From contig NIVC01000264.1 of NCBI GenBank assembly GCA_002269645.1, positions 62,001 to 126,000 of the forward strand: 64,000 nucleotides of DNA. Direction: 5' to 3'. The translations under genes and the position numbers were made by a program. The notes beneath the pieces are model-generated. The model was not told the DNA's origin. It ran no database searches and worked only from the letters and a program-made list of their open reading frames with translations. The DNA comes from Macrostomum lignano. Its lineage: Eukaryota. This document shows, piece by piece, positions 1-13,779 of this stretch. Position 1 is the stretch's first letter; every line of letters starts with the position of its first letter.

Positions 1-225
1 CTAACCAGATCCTAAATTAACCAGATCCCAAATTTACCAGATCCCAAATCAACCAGATCCCAAATTAATCAGACCCAAAACTAACCAGATCCCAAATCAA
101 CCAGATCCCAAATTAATCAGACCCAAAACTAACCAGATCCCAAATCAACCAGATCCCAAATCAACCAGATCCCAAACAAACCAGATCCCAAACTAACCAG
201 ATCCCAAATTAACTAGACCCCAATC
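1..225. repeat. 16-bp minisatellite (AACCAGATCCCAAATT)
   Basis: AACCAGAT recurs at 3, 19, 35, 51 and onward. Confidence 0.9.
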
Positions 226-1326
226 TTCTGAATCCTCAAATAAACCTGATGTCAAAGTCTACTCTCTTACGCTGTCGCTGTTTCACATTCTAAGAAAGCA
301 GTTTAACCTTTCCATATCTCTATCTCCTTTAAAACCTCCAAATCTTTGAGCAGTACTTAGATGTTGAGAAATACGTACTCAGACCCCTGGAATCAGCTGC
401 GTGTGCACCGCAATAAAACTACAATGGGATTTGCGCCACGGATACAGGTAAGAAAAGGCCGCCCAGGGGGGGGGGGTTGTCAATCACAGTCACGCAGGGC
501 GGTGCCACATCGCCCCTCCCCCCACAAGTTTCCAAGTGCCTTAAGGGGTTGAGGGCAACAAAAGAGGGCACTGAGGTGAACTTGTCCCCTGCTCTGTTTA
601 CACTCTCAGTCGCGCATCCTCACAGCTTCTCTGGGTGCCTCATCTGGGATTCCACGCTCCAGCGTCTCTTTCATTCACCTTATAGATCTCCTGAGTTCAG
701 CCTCAGCTTAGCCTCCCTACCTTGTCCCCAATTTTAATTAGCACGAGTGTGAGAACACAGTGAGTCAGGCCTTGCCTTTGCTGCTCCTGCCAAAAGCAGA
801 AATTCTTATTCCTTCATTTTCTGTCGGCTCGTTCTTTGTAGCTACCCAATTTTTTCTTCTTTTGCGGGAACACACCTTTCTTCCACGCTTTGCACTGCTT
901 TTACTTAACAATGGAAATCGTCCTAAGGACCTGTTCATCCAGCATGTCAAACTCTCAAGAGTCCACAAGATGCTTCATTTCCATGAAAGCGGCCACTTCA
1001 AAGTCTCACCGACCCTTCTTGACTGACCGCCGCCGAAATTAAATGTAGAAGTGACCATTGTCTGGCAATCAATACAGTTGGTGACTTACAACAGAAGTGA
1101 CCCACTTGACAACTCTAAGGGGCGCAGTCTCTTAGAATCAGAGTTAAACGAGATCAAAGGACGGCTTGGTAAATGAGAAAAAATTTGAAGTGTCACTCGC
1201 AAGCTGTCAATTTCCAAGATTAATAAGACTTGCCAGTTGGTAAATAATTGTACAATAATTCTGCAGTTGCCACGCATGTGTGTTGCTATGCCTGGCGGCC
1301 TATTGTTAAAGCTGTCAAATTTATTA

Positions 1327-2020
<694 letters not shown>

Positions 2021-2026
2021 ACTCAC

Positions 2027-3852
2027 CCAGTCTCCACAGCCTCAGCGCGCCCTCGGCGCCATGCGCTGCGCCAACTGCAATGCCGGCGCCCCCATCTCCG
2101 CCCTCAAAGCTGCTCCTGGCGCGAGCCGCGCTCTCCCATTCGTCAGTCAGTATGTCGTTTCGCAGGCGCGCCAACATCCCGTCCGGCCCGGCCACCGCCG
2201 CCAGCCGGCCGCTCGGCCGCTGGTAGTCGAACCGCCAGACTCGGCCGGCCGGGTCTCGAACCCCCGTGAGGCAGCCGCGGACGGACTTGTCCTGGGGCGA
2301 CTCGGCCGCCTCCACCGGCCACCACCGGTTGTCGTACTCGAACCTCCAGCCGCTCGTCAGAGACACCAGCTGTCCGGAGTTGGCGTAGCCCAGCTCGGCC
2401 AGCTGGGAGCCGCCGGGCCGCAGCAGCCTGGCCGAGCTGTAGGGGTAGCCGCTCGCCAGCTCGAAGCGGCCTTCGCTGGACTCGACCGCCTGCACCGGCG
2501 ACGTCAGCCGGTTGTCGTAGGAGTGCGAGAAGTTGAACAGCGACAGGCCGGTCAGCGGGTCCACGTGCTCAAGTGCTTGCCGTCCTTGCTGAACGTGAAC
2601 AGCTCGGAGCCGTCAGCCGAGAGCACCTGGAAGCTGCCGTCGATTGGAGACGGCCTCGGCAGCTCGTAGAACATCCTGCTGACCAGCCAGGAGGCCGGGT
2701 CGGCCAGGAACACTTCGCCTAGCGGACTGACGGCCAGCGCTGACACTGACTTGAAGCTGCCTGAAGCCGGCTGGTGGCCGGTCAGGCGGTGCAGCCGCCC
2801 ATCTGCTCGGAGCACCCTGACAGAACCGCTGCTGCCGCCGTCTCCGTTGTCGACCGTCTCGGCGATGAGCAGCTCGCCAAGAGCGCTGAAGGCGATCGCG
2901 CGCGGCCGGCGCAGAATGTCGTCGCGGGCCAGCGGCCGCTGCGAGTCCGCCTTCGCCACCGTGGCGGAGCAGTGCGGCGGCCGCCCGGCCACGATGTGGG
3001 CGAAGCCGTCGGCTGTCAGGCGGAGGACGCTGCGGTCCTCGATGAAGTAGACGCAGTCGTCCACTTGGTTGTAGGCCAGGCTGGTCGGCCAGCGAAGGCG
3101 AAGGTCGCGAGCTCGAATCGTGACCCGGCCGCACGGCAGCGGAGGCTCATCGTTGGCGGCGAAGCCACCCCGACGGTGTCCAGCGACGGTCTCGACGATA
3201 GCGCCGTCCTCCACGGCAGAGTTGGAGGTGGTGGGCACGAGTCGGCGAATGGAGGCGCCGTCGGCGAAGTACACAACGCCGCGGCGATCAACGGCGACAC
3301 CTTTCGGCGAGGACAGCCGTGCCGAGGCCGCCGGTCCACCGTCGCCGCAGTCGTCGGCGTCGTCGGCATAGCAGGGCTCGCCGCTGCCGGCCAGGAGGAT
3401 CCGCCTTGGCCTCTCCGGGCGGCGCTGCAGCACCAGCCAGAGCTGGCGAGAGGTTGGGTCGCTGATGTACACCGCGAGGCTGCCGTGGCTTCGGCTGGCG
3501 TCACAGGCCAGATGGTAGGTCGCAGTTTCGAATCCCGTGGGCAGCTCGGCCAGGGTCTTCAGCTGGTCGCTGCGCCGGCCGCCGGCCTCGCTGTCGGAGT
3601 CGCTGCCGGACAGCCACTGCAGGATGCGCAGGTAGCGACCGTCGCCGATGATGAGGCTGCCGTCGGGCGCCGCGGCCAGCGCTACCGGCGACTGGAGGCT
3701 CCGCTGGCAGGCGGGCTGTGGCGAGGAGGACGAGTCAGCGGGGATCGGGCAGGTCAGCGGATCGCGCCTGGCGCCCGTGCCCGCAACTGTGGAGCTGGTC
3801 CAAGGCCGCTGGCTGAGGTACTCGGTGGCCCCGTCGCCGCGGTGGAGCACGC
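2027..3852 (-). CDS. TENM: Teneurin exon 15 (NHL beta-propeller and start of YD region); one 1-nt frameshift near 2565. The gene continues beyond position 1.
   Basis: cacccag|GC GTG CTC CAC (GVLHRGDG...SPVALAAAPDGSLIIGD...LRWPTSLAYNQVDD...FTFSKDGKHLST), then VDPLTGLSLFNFSHSY in another frame, ending G|GTGAGT. Length 1826 nt is 1 nt short of phase consistency. Confidence 0.93.
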
Positions 3853-3889
3853 CTGGGTGCGATTTGGAATAAGGGGCTCAGGTTTTGGC

Positions 3890-4180
3890 TTTTTGGGATT
3901 TTGGGATTCGGGATTTTGGGATTCGGGATTTTGGGATTCGGGATTTTGGGATTCGGGATTTTGGGATTCGGGATTTTGGGATTCGGGATTTTGGGATTCG
4001 GGATTTTGGGATTCGGGATTTTGGGATTCGGGATTTTGGGATTCGGGATTTTGGGATTCGGGATTTTGGGATTCGGGATTTTGGGATTCGGGATTTTGGG
4101 ATTCGGGATTTTCGGATTCGGATTTTTGGGATTCGGGATTTTCGGATTCGGGATTTTCGGATTCGGGATTTTCGGATTAG
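3890..4180. repeat. 15-bp minisatellite (GGGATTTTGGGATTC)
   Basis: Directly visible; gives 5-aa repeat ORFs. Confidence 0.97.
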
Positions 4181-4802
4181 GAATTCAGGGATCAGACCGT
4201 TGTTGGTTTTCGGTCTTTAAAATTTGAGATATTCAATCAGGGACTTAAAAATTGGAATATGTGAGAAGTTTTTGGGATCCGGCTGCAAGTGGCATATGAA
4301 TATAAATTTATAGGTTTTTTATGGATTATAAATATTTTCGATTTTTACCTGGAAATTTAAGACTTAAAACGAACTGCAAAATCTGGTTGGAATCCAACCC
4401 AACTGAAAAAGGTCATTTTTGACTTCCCCAAAATTGATGCAGGCTTAGCTGGGGGCCACTTGGCTCAGTGCAAGAATTCATACCTCTTCATCCCCCCCAA
4501 CAACAGCAGCCATGCAGGCTGATCATTCGAGCCAGCTTCCCTCGATGGAAAAGTCTAGTACCTGCCGGCCCACTGGCAAAGTGCGGCGGTACGTTTCCAG
4601 GTGCGCTCCGGAGTGGCCGTCCCAGACCCGAGCTACAGAAACCTGAGACACTCGCATCCATTATCTCTCCAGACTGGCTGGGAGCTGGGGAGAAACCGCC
4701 GCTGGAGCGAATGGGTAGCCTGTTTGAAGAGGCTCTGCATCACTTCTGACAGTAATGGACCTGCTGCCACTGAAGTAGCGTCTCTTTCCAATCGTAATCA
4801 GC

Positions 4803-5430
4803 TCCTCTGTGTAGGATATCTAACATCCTCTGTGTAGGATATCTAACATCCTGTGTAGGATATCTAACATCCTCTGTGTAGGATATCTAACATCCTCTGA
4901 GTAGGATATCTAACATCCTCTGAGTAGGATATCTATCATCCTCTGTGTAGGATATCTAACATCCTCTGTGTAGGATATCTAACATTCTCTGTGTAGGATA
5001 TCTAACATCTTCTGTGTAGGATATCTGTAACACCCTCTGTGTAGGATATCTAACATCCTCTGTGTAGGATATCTAACATCCTGTGTAGGATATCTAACAT
5101 CCTCTGTGTAGGATATCTAACATCCTCTGTGTAGGATATCTGTAACATCCTCTGTGTAGGATATCTAACATCCTCTGTGTAGGATATCTAACATCCTGTG
5201 TAGGATATCTAACATCCTCTGTGTAGGATATCTAACATCCTGTGTAGGATATCTAACATCCTCTGTGTAGGATATCTGTAACATCCTCTGTGTAGGATAT
5301 CTAACATCCTCTGTGTAGGATATCTAACATCCTGTGCAGGATATCTAACATCCTCTGTGTAGGATATCTAACATCCTGTGCAGGATATCTAACACCCTAT
5401 ACGCAGGATTTACTTAACATCCTCTGCAGA
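4803..5430. repeat. 21-25-bp minisatellite (CCTCTGTGTAGGATATCTAACAT)
   Basis: Directly visible. Confidence 0.97.
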
Positions 5431-5507
5431 CCATATCTAGCAACATATCCAACACACTCTGAAGACCACATCAATCCAGCATCTCTCTCTCATCTCCATC
5501 TCCGTAC

Positions 5508-5648
5508 CTTTGTTATAGTCGTAGGCGTGCACGCGGTCCAGGCTCCACTGTCCGAGTTGTGCTGGCGCCAGCTCCATGCCGGACACCAGAACTGCCCGGT
5601 GCTCCCAAACCACCCGTGAGCAGCCGGTGTATTTGTAGCCAACGGATA
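5508..5648 (-). CDS. TENM: Teneurin exon 14
   Basis: cgccag|TA TCC GTT: ISVGYKYTGCSRVVWEHRAVLVSGMELAPAQLGQWSLDRVHAYDYNK G|GTACGG; 141 nt. Matches VSVGYEY..C...WE.R...LGGWSLD.HH. Confidence 0.96.
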
Positions 5649-5729
5649 CTGGCGATGGGGAGAAACAGTGAAAACAGGCGCAGGTTGATTGCAGCTACAA
5701 AGCAGGTTTTAATATCGATCACAGGATAC

Positions 5730-6170
5730 AGAACAGGTGTGAATCACGATCACAGGCTACAGATGAGGTGTGAATCACGATCACAGGCTACAGATGAGGT
5801 GTGAATCACGATCACAGGCTACAGATGAGGTGTGAATCACGATCACAGGCTACAGAACAGGTGTAAATCACGATCACAGGCTACAGAACAGGTGTAAATC
5901 ACGATCACAGGCTACAGATGAGGTGTGAATCACGATCACAGGCTACAGAACAGGTGTAAATCACGATCACAGGCTGCAGAACAGGTGTGAATCACGATCA
6001 CAGGCTACAGAACAGGTGTGAATCACGATCACAGCCTACAGAACAGGTGTGAATCACGATCACAGGCTGCAGAACAGGTGTGAATCACGATCACAGGCTA
6101 CAGAACAGGTGTGAATCACGATCACAGCCTACAGAACAGGTGTGAATCACGATCATAGGCTACAGAACAG
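5730..6170. repeat. 31-bp minisatellite (AGGCTACAGAACAGGTGTGAATCACGATCAC)
   Basis: Directly visible; fills most of intron 13. Confidence 0.97.
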
Positions 6171-6185
6171 ACTGTCGAGACTCAC

Positions 6186-6940
6186 TCTTCGCCTCCACCA
6201 GTCCGGTGAACGGCCTGCTAAAAGCATCAAGCCGGTCCCACTCGAAGTGGTAGGTGAGATTCGGCCCGGCCTCGAACCTCCGCCGCAGCATGCTTCCGCC
6301 GACGCTGACGTAGCAGACGACCTCGGCCAGGCCTGGTGGCACCTCAGCGCCCGTCAACTGCATCGGCATGCCCGTCTGGTAGCCGATGGCCCGGCTAGAG
6401 ATGTACACCAGGCTCAGTGGCGCGCCCGGCAGAGGCACCCGAACTCGAAGGGTGCCCCGCTCGAGCTGCACAGTGGCCGTGTTGATTCCGCCATTTCCCG
6501 ACAAGGATTCGAGTCCGGGAGCTCCGCCGAACAGCAGGCGAGGCTGCAGCAGCGCATAGTTGTGCCGGCAGCGCGGCTGAGCTGATGCAGAGTCCAGGCT
6601 GGCGCGCAGGCTGGAGGGGGCGGCGGTGGGGTACAGCTGAGGGTAGGCAGAGCCGGCCGGAGCCAGGGAGCCGGCCGTGCTGAGCAGGATGCAGCCCATG
6701 TGCAGGAAGCTGTTGGCAGGCACGTGCAGCCGGATCTCCCTGGTCAGGGTCTGACCGCTGGCCATGACTCTGGCGATGTTCAGGCTGAGGCTGCGGCCGC
6801 CGACTACCACCAGGTAGAAGGAGCCGTCAGGCCGGGACAGCGTGTTGCCGATCAGGGCGTTCTGGCCGTCCCAGACTCTGCAGGCCAGAGCCGGCGTGGA
6901 GTCGCGGAACACCAGCGTGCCAGTGACCACCGAGATGAAG
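6186..6940 (-). CDS. TENM: Teneurin exon 13 (TTR-like and FN-plug domains)
   Basis: ccgcag|C TTC ATC...TLSRPDGSFYLVVVGG...RRFEAGPNLTYHFEWDRLDAFSRPFTGLVEAK A|GTGAGT; 755 nt, phase 2 to 1. Confidence 0.96.
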
Positions 6941-7389
6941 CTGCGGGGGGATCATCGTTAGCCGATGAGGGTGAGGCAGCCAGCACAAGCTAATTAACCC
7001 CTGAGAAAAGGCACACAGGTGTGTAAACCTGGCCCATTGTGACCCAAACCCCGGGCACTTCGAGCGGAGCGAGGGTCGAGCAAGGCGGGTGATGAATGGG
7101 AAAGCAAATAGTAGGTGGAGTTGGAAGAAGTTGGAGCCTGTCCTGAAGCCGCTCTCCTCGCTTAAGTAGGCAGATCTGCTCTCTTTTTGGCAGAGTGCGC
7201 TGCATTTAGTGGGAGTCAGAAGTAGTGGCGGGGGGTTGGATAAAGAGAGGGAGACTTGAGCAATGACTGCTCAAGAGAAGTCTGTGACAGTAATTGATGA
7301 CTGATTGAAGCGGTGCCTGCAGGTGGGAGAGAAAGTTTTCGATGTTGGTGCGGTAGATTGATGCAAGGGAGCAGGGCTGGAAAGGACAC

Positions 7390-7975
7390 TGAGACACCGA
7401 GAAGTAGAGAGTAGACACTGAGAAGTAAAGTAGAATAGACACTGAGAAGTAGATAGTAGACACTGAGAAGTAGAGAGTAGACACTGAGAAGTAGAGAAGA
7501 GACACTGAGAAGTAGAGAAGAGACACTGAGAAGTAGAGAAGAGACACTAAGAAGTAGAGAAGAGTAGACACTGTGGAGTAGAGAGTAGACACTGAGAGGT
7601 AGAGAGTAGACACTGAGAGTAGAGAGTAGACACTGAGAGGTAGAGAGTAGACACTGAGAGGTAGAGAGTAAACACTGAGAGGTAGAGAGTAAACACTGAG
7701 AGGTAGAGAGTAGACACTGAGAGGTAGAGAGTAGACACTGAGAGGTAGAGAGTAGACACTGAGAGGTAGAGAGTAGACACTGAGAGGTAGAGAGTAGACA
7801 CTGAGAGGTAGAGAGTAGACACTGAGAGGTAGAGAGTAGACACTGAGAGGTAGAGAGTAGACACTGAGAGGTAGAGAGTAGACACTGAGAGGTAGAGAGT
7901 AGACACTGAGAGGTAGAGAGTAGACACTGAGAGGTAGAGAGTAGACACTGAGAGGAAGAGAGTAGACACTGAGAA
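7390..7975. repeat. 21-bp minisatellite (AGAGAGTAGACACTGAGAGGT)
   Basis: Directly visible. Confidence 0.97.
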
Positions 7976-8059
7976 CTCCACATTCGCAGACCTCGTACTT
8001 CGCTCATATACGCCCTCAAATGACACTAAGCACTAGAATGCAGTTAAGAGCAGTCTCAC

Positions 8060-8264
8060 CGAGGCTCAAAGTACATGCTGGAGTAGAGCTGCACGCTCTC
8101 CTTGCCAATAAGAAATCGGACACGACGTTCAAAGCTGCTCACGTAGGGCAGAGAGGGCTCGGACAACAGCACCTGCTGTGGGTAGGCGCCGGGGCTGCAG
8201 CTCTCCGCCCGACTGCAGACCGGCTGGTTGCAGCAGTCGGGATCGTTGCAGTCCACCAGCCCGT
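8060..8264 (-). CDS. TENM: Teneurin exon 12 (Cys-rich DGLVDC..PDCC region)
   Basis: ccgcag|AC GGG CTG GTG GAC TGC: DGLVDCNDPDCCNQPVC...SFERRVRFLIGKESVQ...FEP CG|GTGAGA; 205 nt. Confidence 0.96.
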
Positions 8265-8297
8265 CTGCGGGGGGAGTGAGGGATGAACTTGCGGAAC

Positions 8298-8760
8298 AGA
8301 CACATTCAGTACCCTATGGACACATTCAGTACCCTATGGACACATTCAGTACCCTATGGACACATTCAGTACCCTATGGAAACATTCAGTACCCTATGGA
8401 CACATTCAGTACCCTATGGACACATTCAGTACCCCATAGAAACATTCAGTACCCTATGGACACATTCAGTATCCTATGGACACATTCAGTATCCTGGGAG
8501 CATCATCGAGGAGTAACCGACACATCTAGGAGTAGCAGACACATCTAGGAGTAGCAGACACATCAATGAGTAGCAGACACATCTAGGAGTAGCAAACACA
8601 TCAAATCAATGAGTAGCAGACACATCAATGAGTAGCAGACACATCTAGGAGTAGCAGACACATCAATGAGTAGCAGACACATCTAGGAGTAGCAGACACA
8701 TCAATGAGTAGCAGACACATCAATGAGTAGCAGACACATCAATGCGAAGCAGACACATTC
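8298..8760. repeat. Two adjacent minisatellites: 20-bp CACATTCAGTACCCTATGGA and 19-bp CACATCTAGGAGTAGCAGA
   Basis: Directly visible; they fill intron 11. Confidence 0.95.
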
Positions 8761-8808
8761 AGTAGAGACAGAGACGCCACGGACACAAGAGGCGCTCAAG
8801 AATCTCAC

Positions 8809-8967
8809 CGTTGTCATTATCCGCCGAGTCTGAGCACTGCTGCTCAACCGGGTACTGGCAGGCGTCCCCGTGCCAGAGATTCAGGCCGACGCAGACACAG
8901 CGCCAGTCCCCAGTCGATGGATCCAGTTCGCAGTTCCCGTTGTTGCTGCAGGACTGCGGGCAGCCGT
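8809..8967 (-). CDS. TENM: Teneurin exon 11 (EGF repeat 8, start of Cys-rich region)
   Basis: cccaaag|AC GGC TGC: DGCPQSCSNNGNCELDPSTGDWRCVC...CSDSADNDN G|GTGAGA; 159 nt. Confidence 0.95.
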
Positions 8968-9124
8968 CTTTGGGGGAGGGGTTCGGGTAGAAGAAAGCTT
9001 AGCTTTCGGATTTTTATCAACATACTGGCTTGAGCTGATGGGATTAGAACTTTGTCAGGTGGTTAGTTGAGCACTTGCAGTTACGATGGTTATAGTTTTA
9101 GTTCACACGAAGGCAGGTTGCTTG

Positions 9125-9865
9125 ATTTGGAGTCGGGCAGGTGCTTATTAGCTTGGATTTGGAGTCGGGCAGGTGCTAATTAGCTTGGATTTGGAGTCGG
9201 GCAGGTGCTAATTAGCTTGGATTTGGAGTCGGGCAGGTGCTAATTAGCTTGGATTTGGAATCAGGCAGGTGCTAATTAGCTTGGATTTGGAGTCGGGCAG
9301 GTGCTAATTAGCTTGGATTTGGAGTCGGGAAGGTGCTAATTAGCTTGGAATTCGAGTAGGGAAGGTGCTAATTACTTTGGATTTGGAGTCGGGCAGGTGC
9401 TAATTAGCTTGGAATTGGAGTCGGGAAGGTGCTAATTACTTTGGATTTGGAGTCGGGCAGGTGCTAATTAGCTTGGATTTGGAGTCGGGCAGGTGCTAAT
9501 TAGCTTGGATTTGGAATCAGGCAGGTGCTAATTAGCTTGGATTTGGAGTCGGGCAGGTGCTAATTAGCTTGGATTTGGAATCAGGCAGGTGCTAATTAGC
9601 TTGGATTTGGAGTCGGGCAGGTGCTAATTAGCTTGGATTTGGAGTCGGGAAGGTGCTAATTAGCTTGGAATTCGAGTAGGGAAGGTGCTAATTACTTTGG
9701 ATTTGGAGTCGGGCAGGTGCTAATTAGCTTGGAATTGGAGTCGGGAAGGTGCTAATTACTTTGGATTTGGAGTCGGGCAGGTGCTAATTAGCTTGGATTT
9801 GGAGTCGGGCAGGTGCTAATTAGCTTGGATTTGGAGTCGGGCAGGTGCTAATTAGCTTGGATTTA
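9125..9865. repeat. 32-bp minisatellite (TTGGATTTGGAGTCGGGCAGGTGCTAATTAGC)
   Basis: Period 32 (TAGCTTGG at 9181 and 9213). Confidence 0.97.
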
Positions 9866-10386
9866 GAAAATTAGTGAGAGCTTGTTAGTAATTACTGTGA
9901 ATTTACCATCAATAACATTATCATTTGGTGCAGAGGTTGTTACGCAAAAAATATATCCGTGCAATTTCAATTTCGAGCATGCAATACACAAATTCAAAGC
10001 ACAAATAGAACAGAACACGGAGGCAAATATTTTCCTGGATAGGTTTGCTCCGAGACAGTTTCCTAAGCAGGCTGCATTGGTTAGTATGAGTTAGCACTAA
10101 CTGCTCAAAGCAGAAACAGCTCAGATGCTCAGTTATTCCTACCTCCTAAAATAGGCAAAAAAGTAAATAATTAGCATTTATTCGATAAGAAATCACTTTA
10201 GAAGATTGATTATTGCGCTAATTAATTAATTGTTAATCAATGAGTTTGGAATAAAGCTGTTAGTGAACAGTAGGCGTTAGGTAAAAGTTACTAGATGCTA
10301 ATCATGTTCAATGACTCATAATGGCGGTGGTATTCGATTGGTATACAAAGATAATAAGTTGGATAACAATGGAAATTTGTGCTCAC

Positions 10387-10581
10387 CGAGTGAGCAGCGC
10401 GGCCCGTTCCAGCCCTTGTCGCAGGCGCAGGTGCCGTTCACGCACACGCCGTGACCGCTGCAGCTGTCACTGCTGGTTCCGCCGCAGGAGCGGAGCTGGC
10501 ATCGAACCCCTGACCACCCCAGGTGGCATTGGCAGCTGCCGTTGACGCAGTCGCCGTGTTGGCATGTGACCAGGCAGGTCT
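10387..10581 (-). CDS. TENM: Teneurin exon 10 (EGF repeats 6-7)
   Basis: catcag|AG ACC TGC: ETCLVTCQHGDCVNGSCQCHLGWSGVRC...CSGHGVCVNGTCACDKGWNGPRCSL G|GTGAGC; 195 nt. Not in the supplied ORF track in this frame. Confidence 0.95.
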
Positions 10582-10624
10582 CTGATGTTTGGGGTTCAAG
10601 TCAGTTATGCGTTTTAGATTGAGT

Positions 10625-10919
10625 CACGTACCCAAGACAGATACCCGTAGACTCACTGAGGTACCCAAGGCAGATACCCGTAGACTCACTGAGGTACTCA
10701 AGGCAGATACCCGTAGACTCACTGAGGTACTCAAGGCAGATCCCCATAGACTCACTGAGGTACTCAAGGCAGATCCCCATAGACTCACTGAGGTACTCAA
10801 GGCAGATCCCCATAGACTCACTGAGGTACCCAAGGCAGATCCCCATAGACTCACTGAGGTACTTAAGGCAGATCCCCGTAGACTCACTGAGGTACTCAAG
10901 GCAGATCCCATAGACTCAC
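10625..10919. repeat. 33-bp minisatellite containing copies of the 5' splice site GTGAGT (minus strand)
   Basis: GACTCAC recurs every 33 nt and begins at the real donor at 10919. Confidence 0.95.
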
Positions 10920-11159
10920 CAAACTCGCAGCTGTCCCCGGAGAAGCCTCTGTCGCATTCGCACCGGCCGTCAACAATGCGGCCCCGGCCACTGCACAGCC
11001 GGACAGCCGTGTCCGAGTCAGCCGGACACCGTTCGTTTGCTTCGTTGGCTGAGGCGGCCGGCGTCTGGCAGTCGGCACCGCGCCAGCCGGCGAAGCAGCG
11101 GCAGTGGCCGTCGGGACCGCAGACTCCACGGCCGTGGCAGTTCGATGGGCCGCAGCTCA
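10920..11159 (-). CDS. TENM: Teneurin exon 9 (EGF repeats 4-5)
   Basis: catccag|TG AGC TGC...CSGRGRIVDGRCECDRGFSGDSCEF G|GTGAGT; 240 nt. Confidence 0.95.
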
Positions 11160-11194
11160 CTGGATGGGGATGGGATGAATGGATTGGGGAGGGT

Positions 11195-11485
<291 letters not shown>

Positions 11486-12529
11486 ACTCAATAATTCGGG
11501 CCATGCAGGCTGGCACAATCGCCATCAGCATTGTGTGCAAATTGAGAAGCGAAACTCGAGCCGCACCGCAGGAACCCGCGCATCTCCTGCATACTAATTA
11601 TGCTAATTAGGTCGAATCCACTATGCAATCACTTGCCCGCAGGCTGGGGGGGGGGGGAGGCTGGGAAGCTGTGGTCTCTGGTTCGATTATCCGCTAGAAT
11701 TTTGTCATTTGGTTTCGAATTGCAGGCGGTCGGACCGTGAGATAAGAGATTGCCAACACGGCGATGCAAAAATATGCATAAGAGATTCGTTCCCGATGCA
11801 GGGTCCAGTCTCCCATCGAAGCCTCTCTTGATTTTTTTATTATTTTTTGGCTTGAAACAAATGAGACAAGGCAGCTCAAAAGATCGATAGAGAGTCCGCA
11901 TAGGCGGTGTCCGCCAGCCCCTCGATATCCGGCGCTGCAGTATCGATTTTCAGCGCGGCCAGGAATTGCGGACTGCGGACTAAGCAGCAGCCCCCGGCGA
12001 TGGGGAGCGGAGAAACTGGGCTGCCCGGGGACTCGTGTTTCTATTCAGTCAGTCTTGCCCTGGATCAGCCTCCGTCATAATCGCTTCCTCCCCGCCGACT
12101 CCTCTCCGGCGGTGTCGGTTTCTGTTTGCAGTTCAGCGCCACAGTTGTTGCAGGGGAGGTGGGAATTGAATTTCAAATTTGCTCAGCCTGCGGTTTGGGA
12201 ATTGGGGAAGGGGATGGGGATCGGAGGGGGGTTGCTGCTGATGTTGAACTCTTTGGTCTTGGAGAAGACTCCAGTTTTTAAGACAAGATATCCTTTTTAT
12301 GAGCGGATATGCTTTCTTTTATACTCTTTGCTCCCGTTCTCTCCCATCTCTCTGTATGCCTTTGAGCTCAGCTTTGCATCCGGTATCCATTTTCGAACGT
12401 GTTCCGAAAGAAACGCGAAGCAATTAAAATAAACGGGGATAAAACTTTGAACCCGGATATGGAAATTGATGGGTTGAGAACTCAGCCTATCTCTTGTCCG
12501 TCTGCTTTCTTTCCCTCATCTCTCTCAAT

Positions 12530-13306
<777 letters not shown>

Positions 13307-13779
13307 CCCCATCTTCCAACGCTTCCACTCTCGCTGCCGCTCATGCTAGGCTCCGAAAAAGAGCAGCTTAATCCCTTGGGGGGAAGGGGGTCTGAGAGAG
13401 GAAACGGACACCGCAGTGTCCCAAGTGCATCCCCGTCTCTAAACAGTCAATGCCGGACTCGAAATCGATGGAAACTCACTTTCCCCTCCTCATCTCATTC
13501 GCGCCCAGCTGGGAAATGAAAAAATATCTGCCAACTGCGCCGATTTTTTGCGGTTTCGACATTCCGGCTGTCTGTCCGACTGACTGCTTGAAAAAACTGC
13601 GAATTTTAACAGCTGTTGCCTGTGGAGCTGCCTGGGGAGTGAGTTGGCAGCCGGAGCAATAGTGCTCCGCAGCTGTGGTGCCCGTCAGTTTGTTATGGAA
13701 AACTGCAGCTCTGGCCTCTGGTAGTGAGCAGAACGCGTTTGGGAATCGAGAATGAGAGAGTGAGAAAGGGGACATTAGA

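Noticed and set aside
760-1300. Possible decayed transposase coding sequence on the minus strand
   Set aside because: Multiple stops and no diagnostic motif recognised; not supportable without a search.
2061-4180. Long plus-strand ORFs (2061-2669, 2774-4180) and others overlapping teneurin, LINE or transposase exons
   Set aside because: Antisense or alternative-frame shadows of GC-rich coding sequence, with no recognisable motifs.
11670-11700. GGTTCGATT B-box-like motif suggesting a tRNA or SINE
   Set aside because: No A-box spacing or cloverleaf stems could be built around it.
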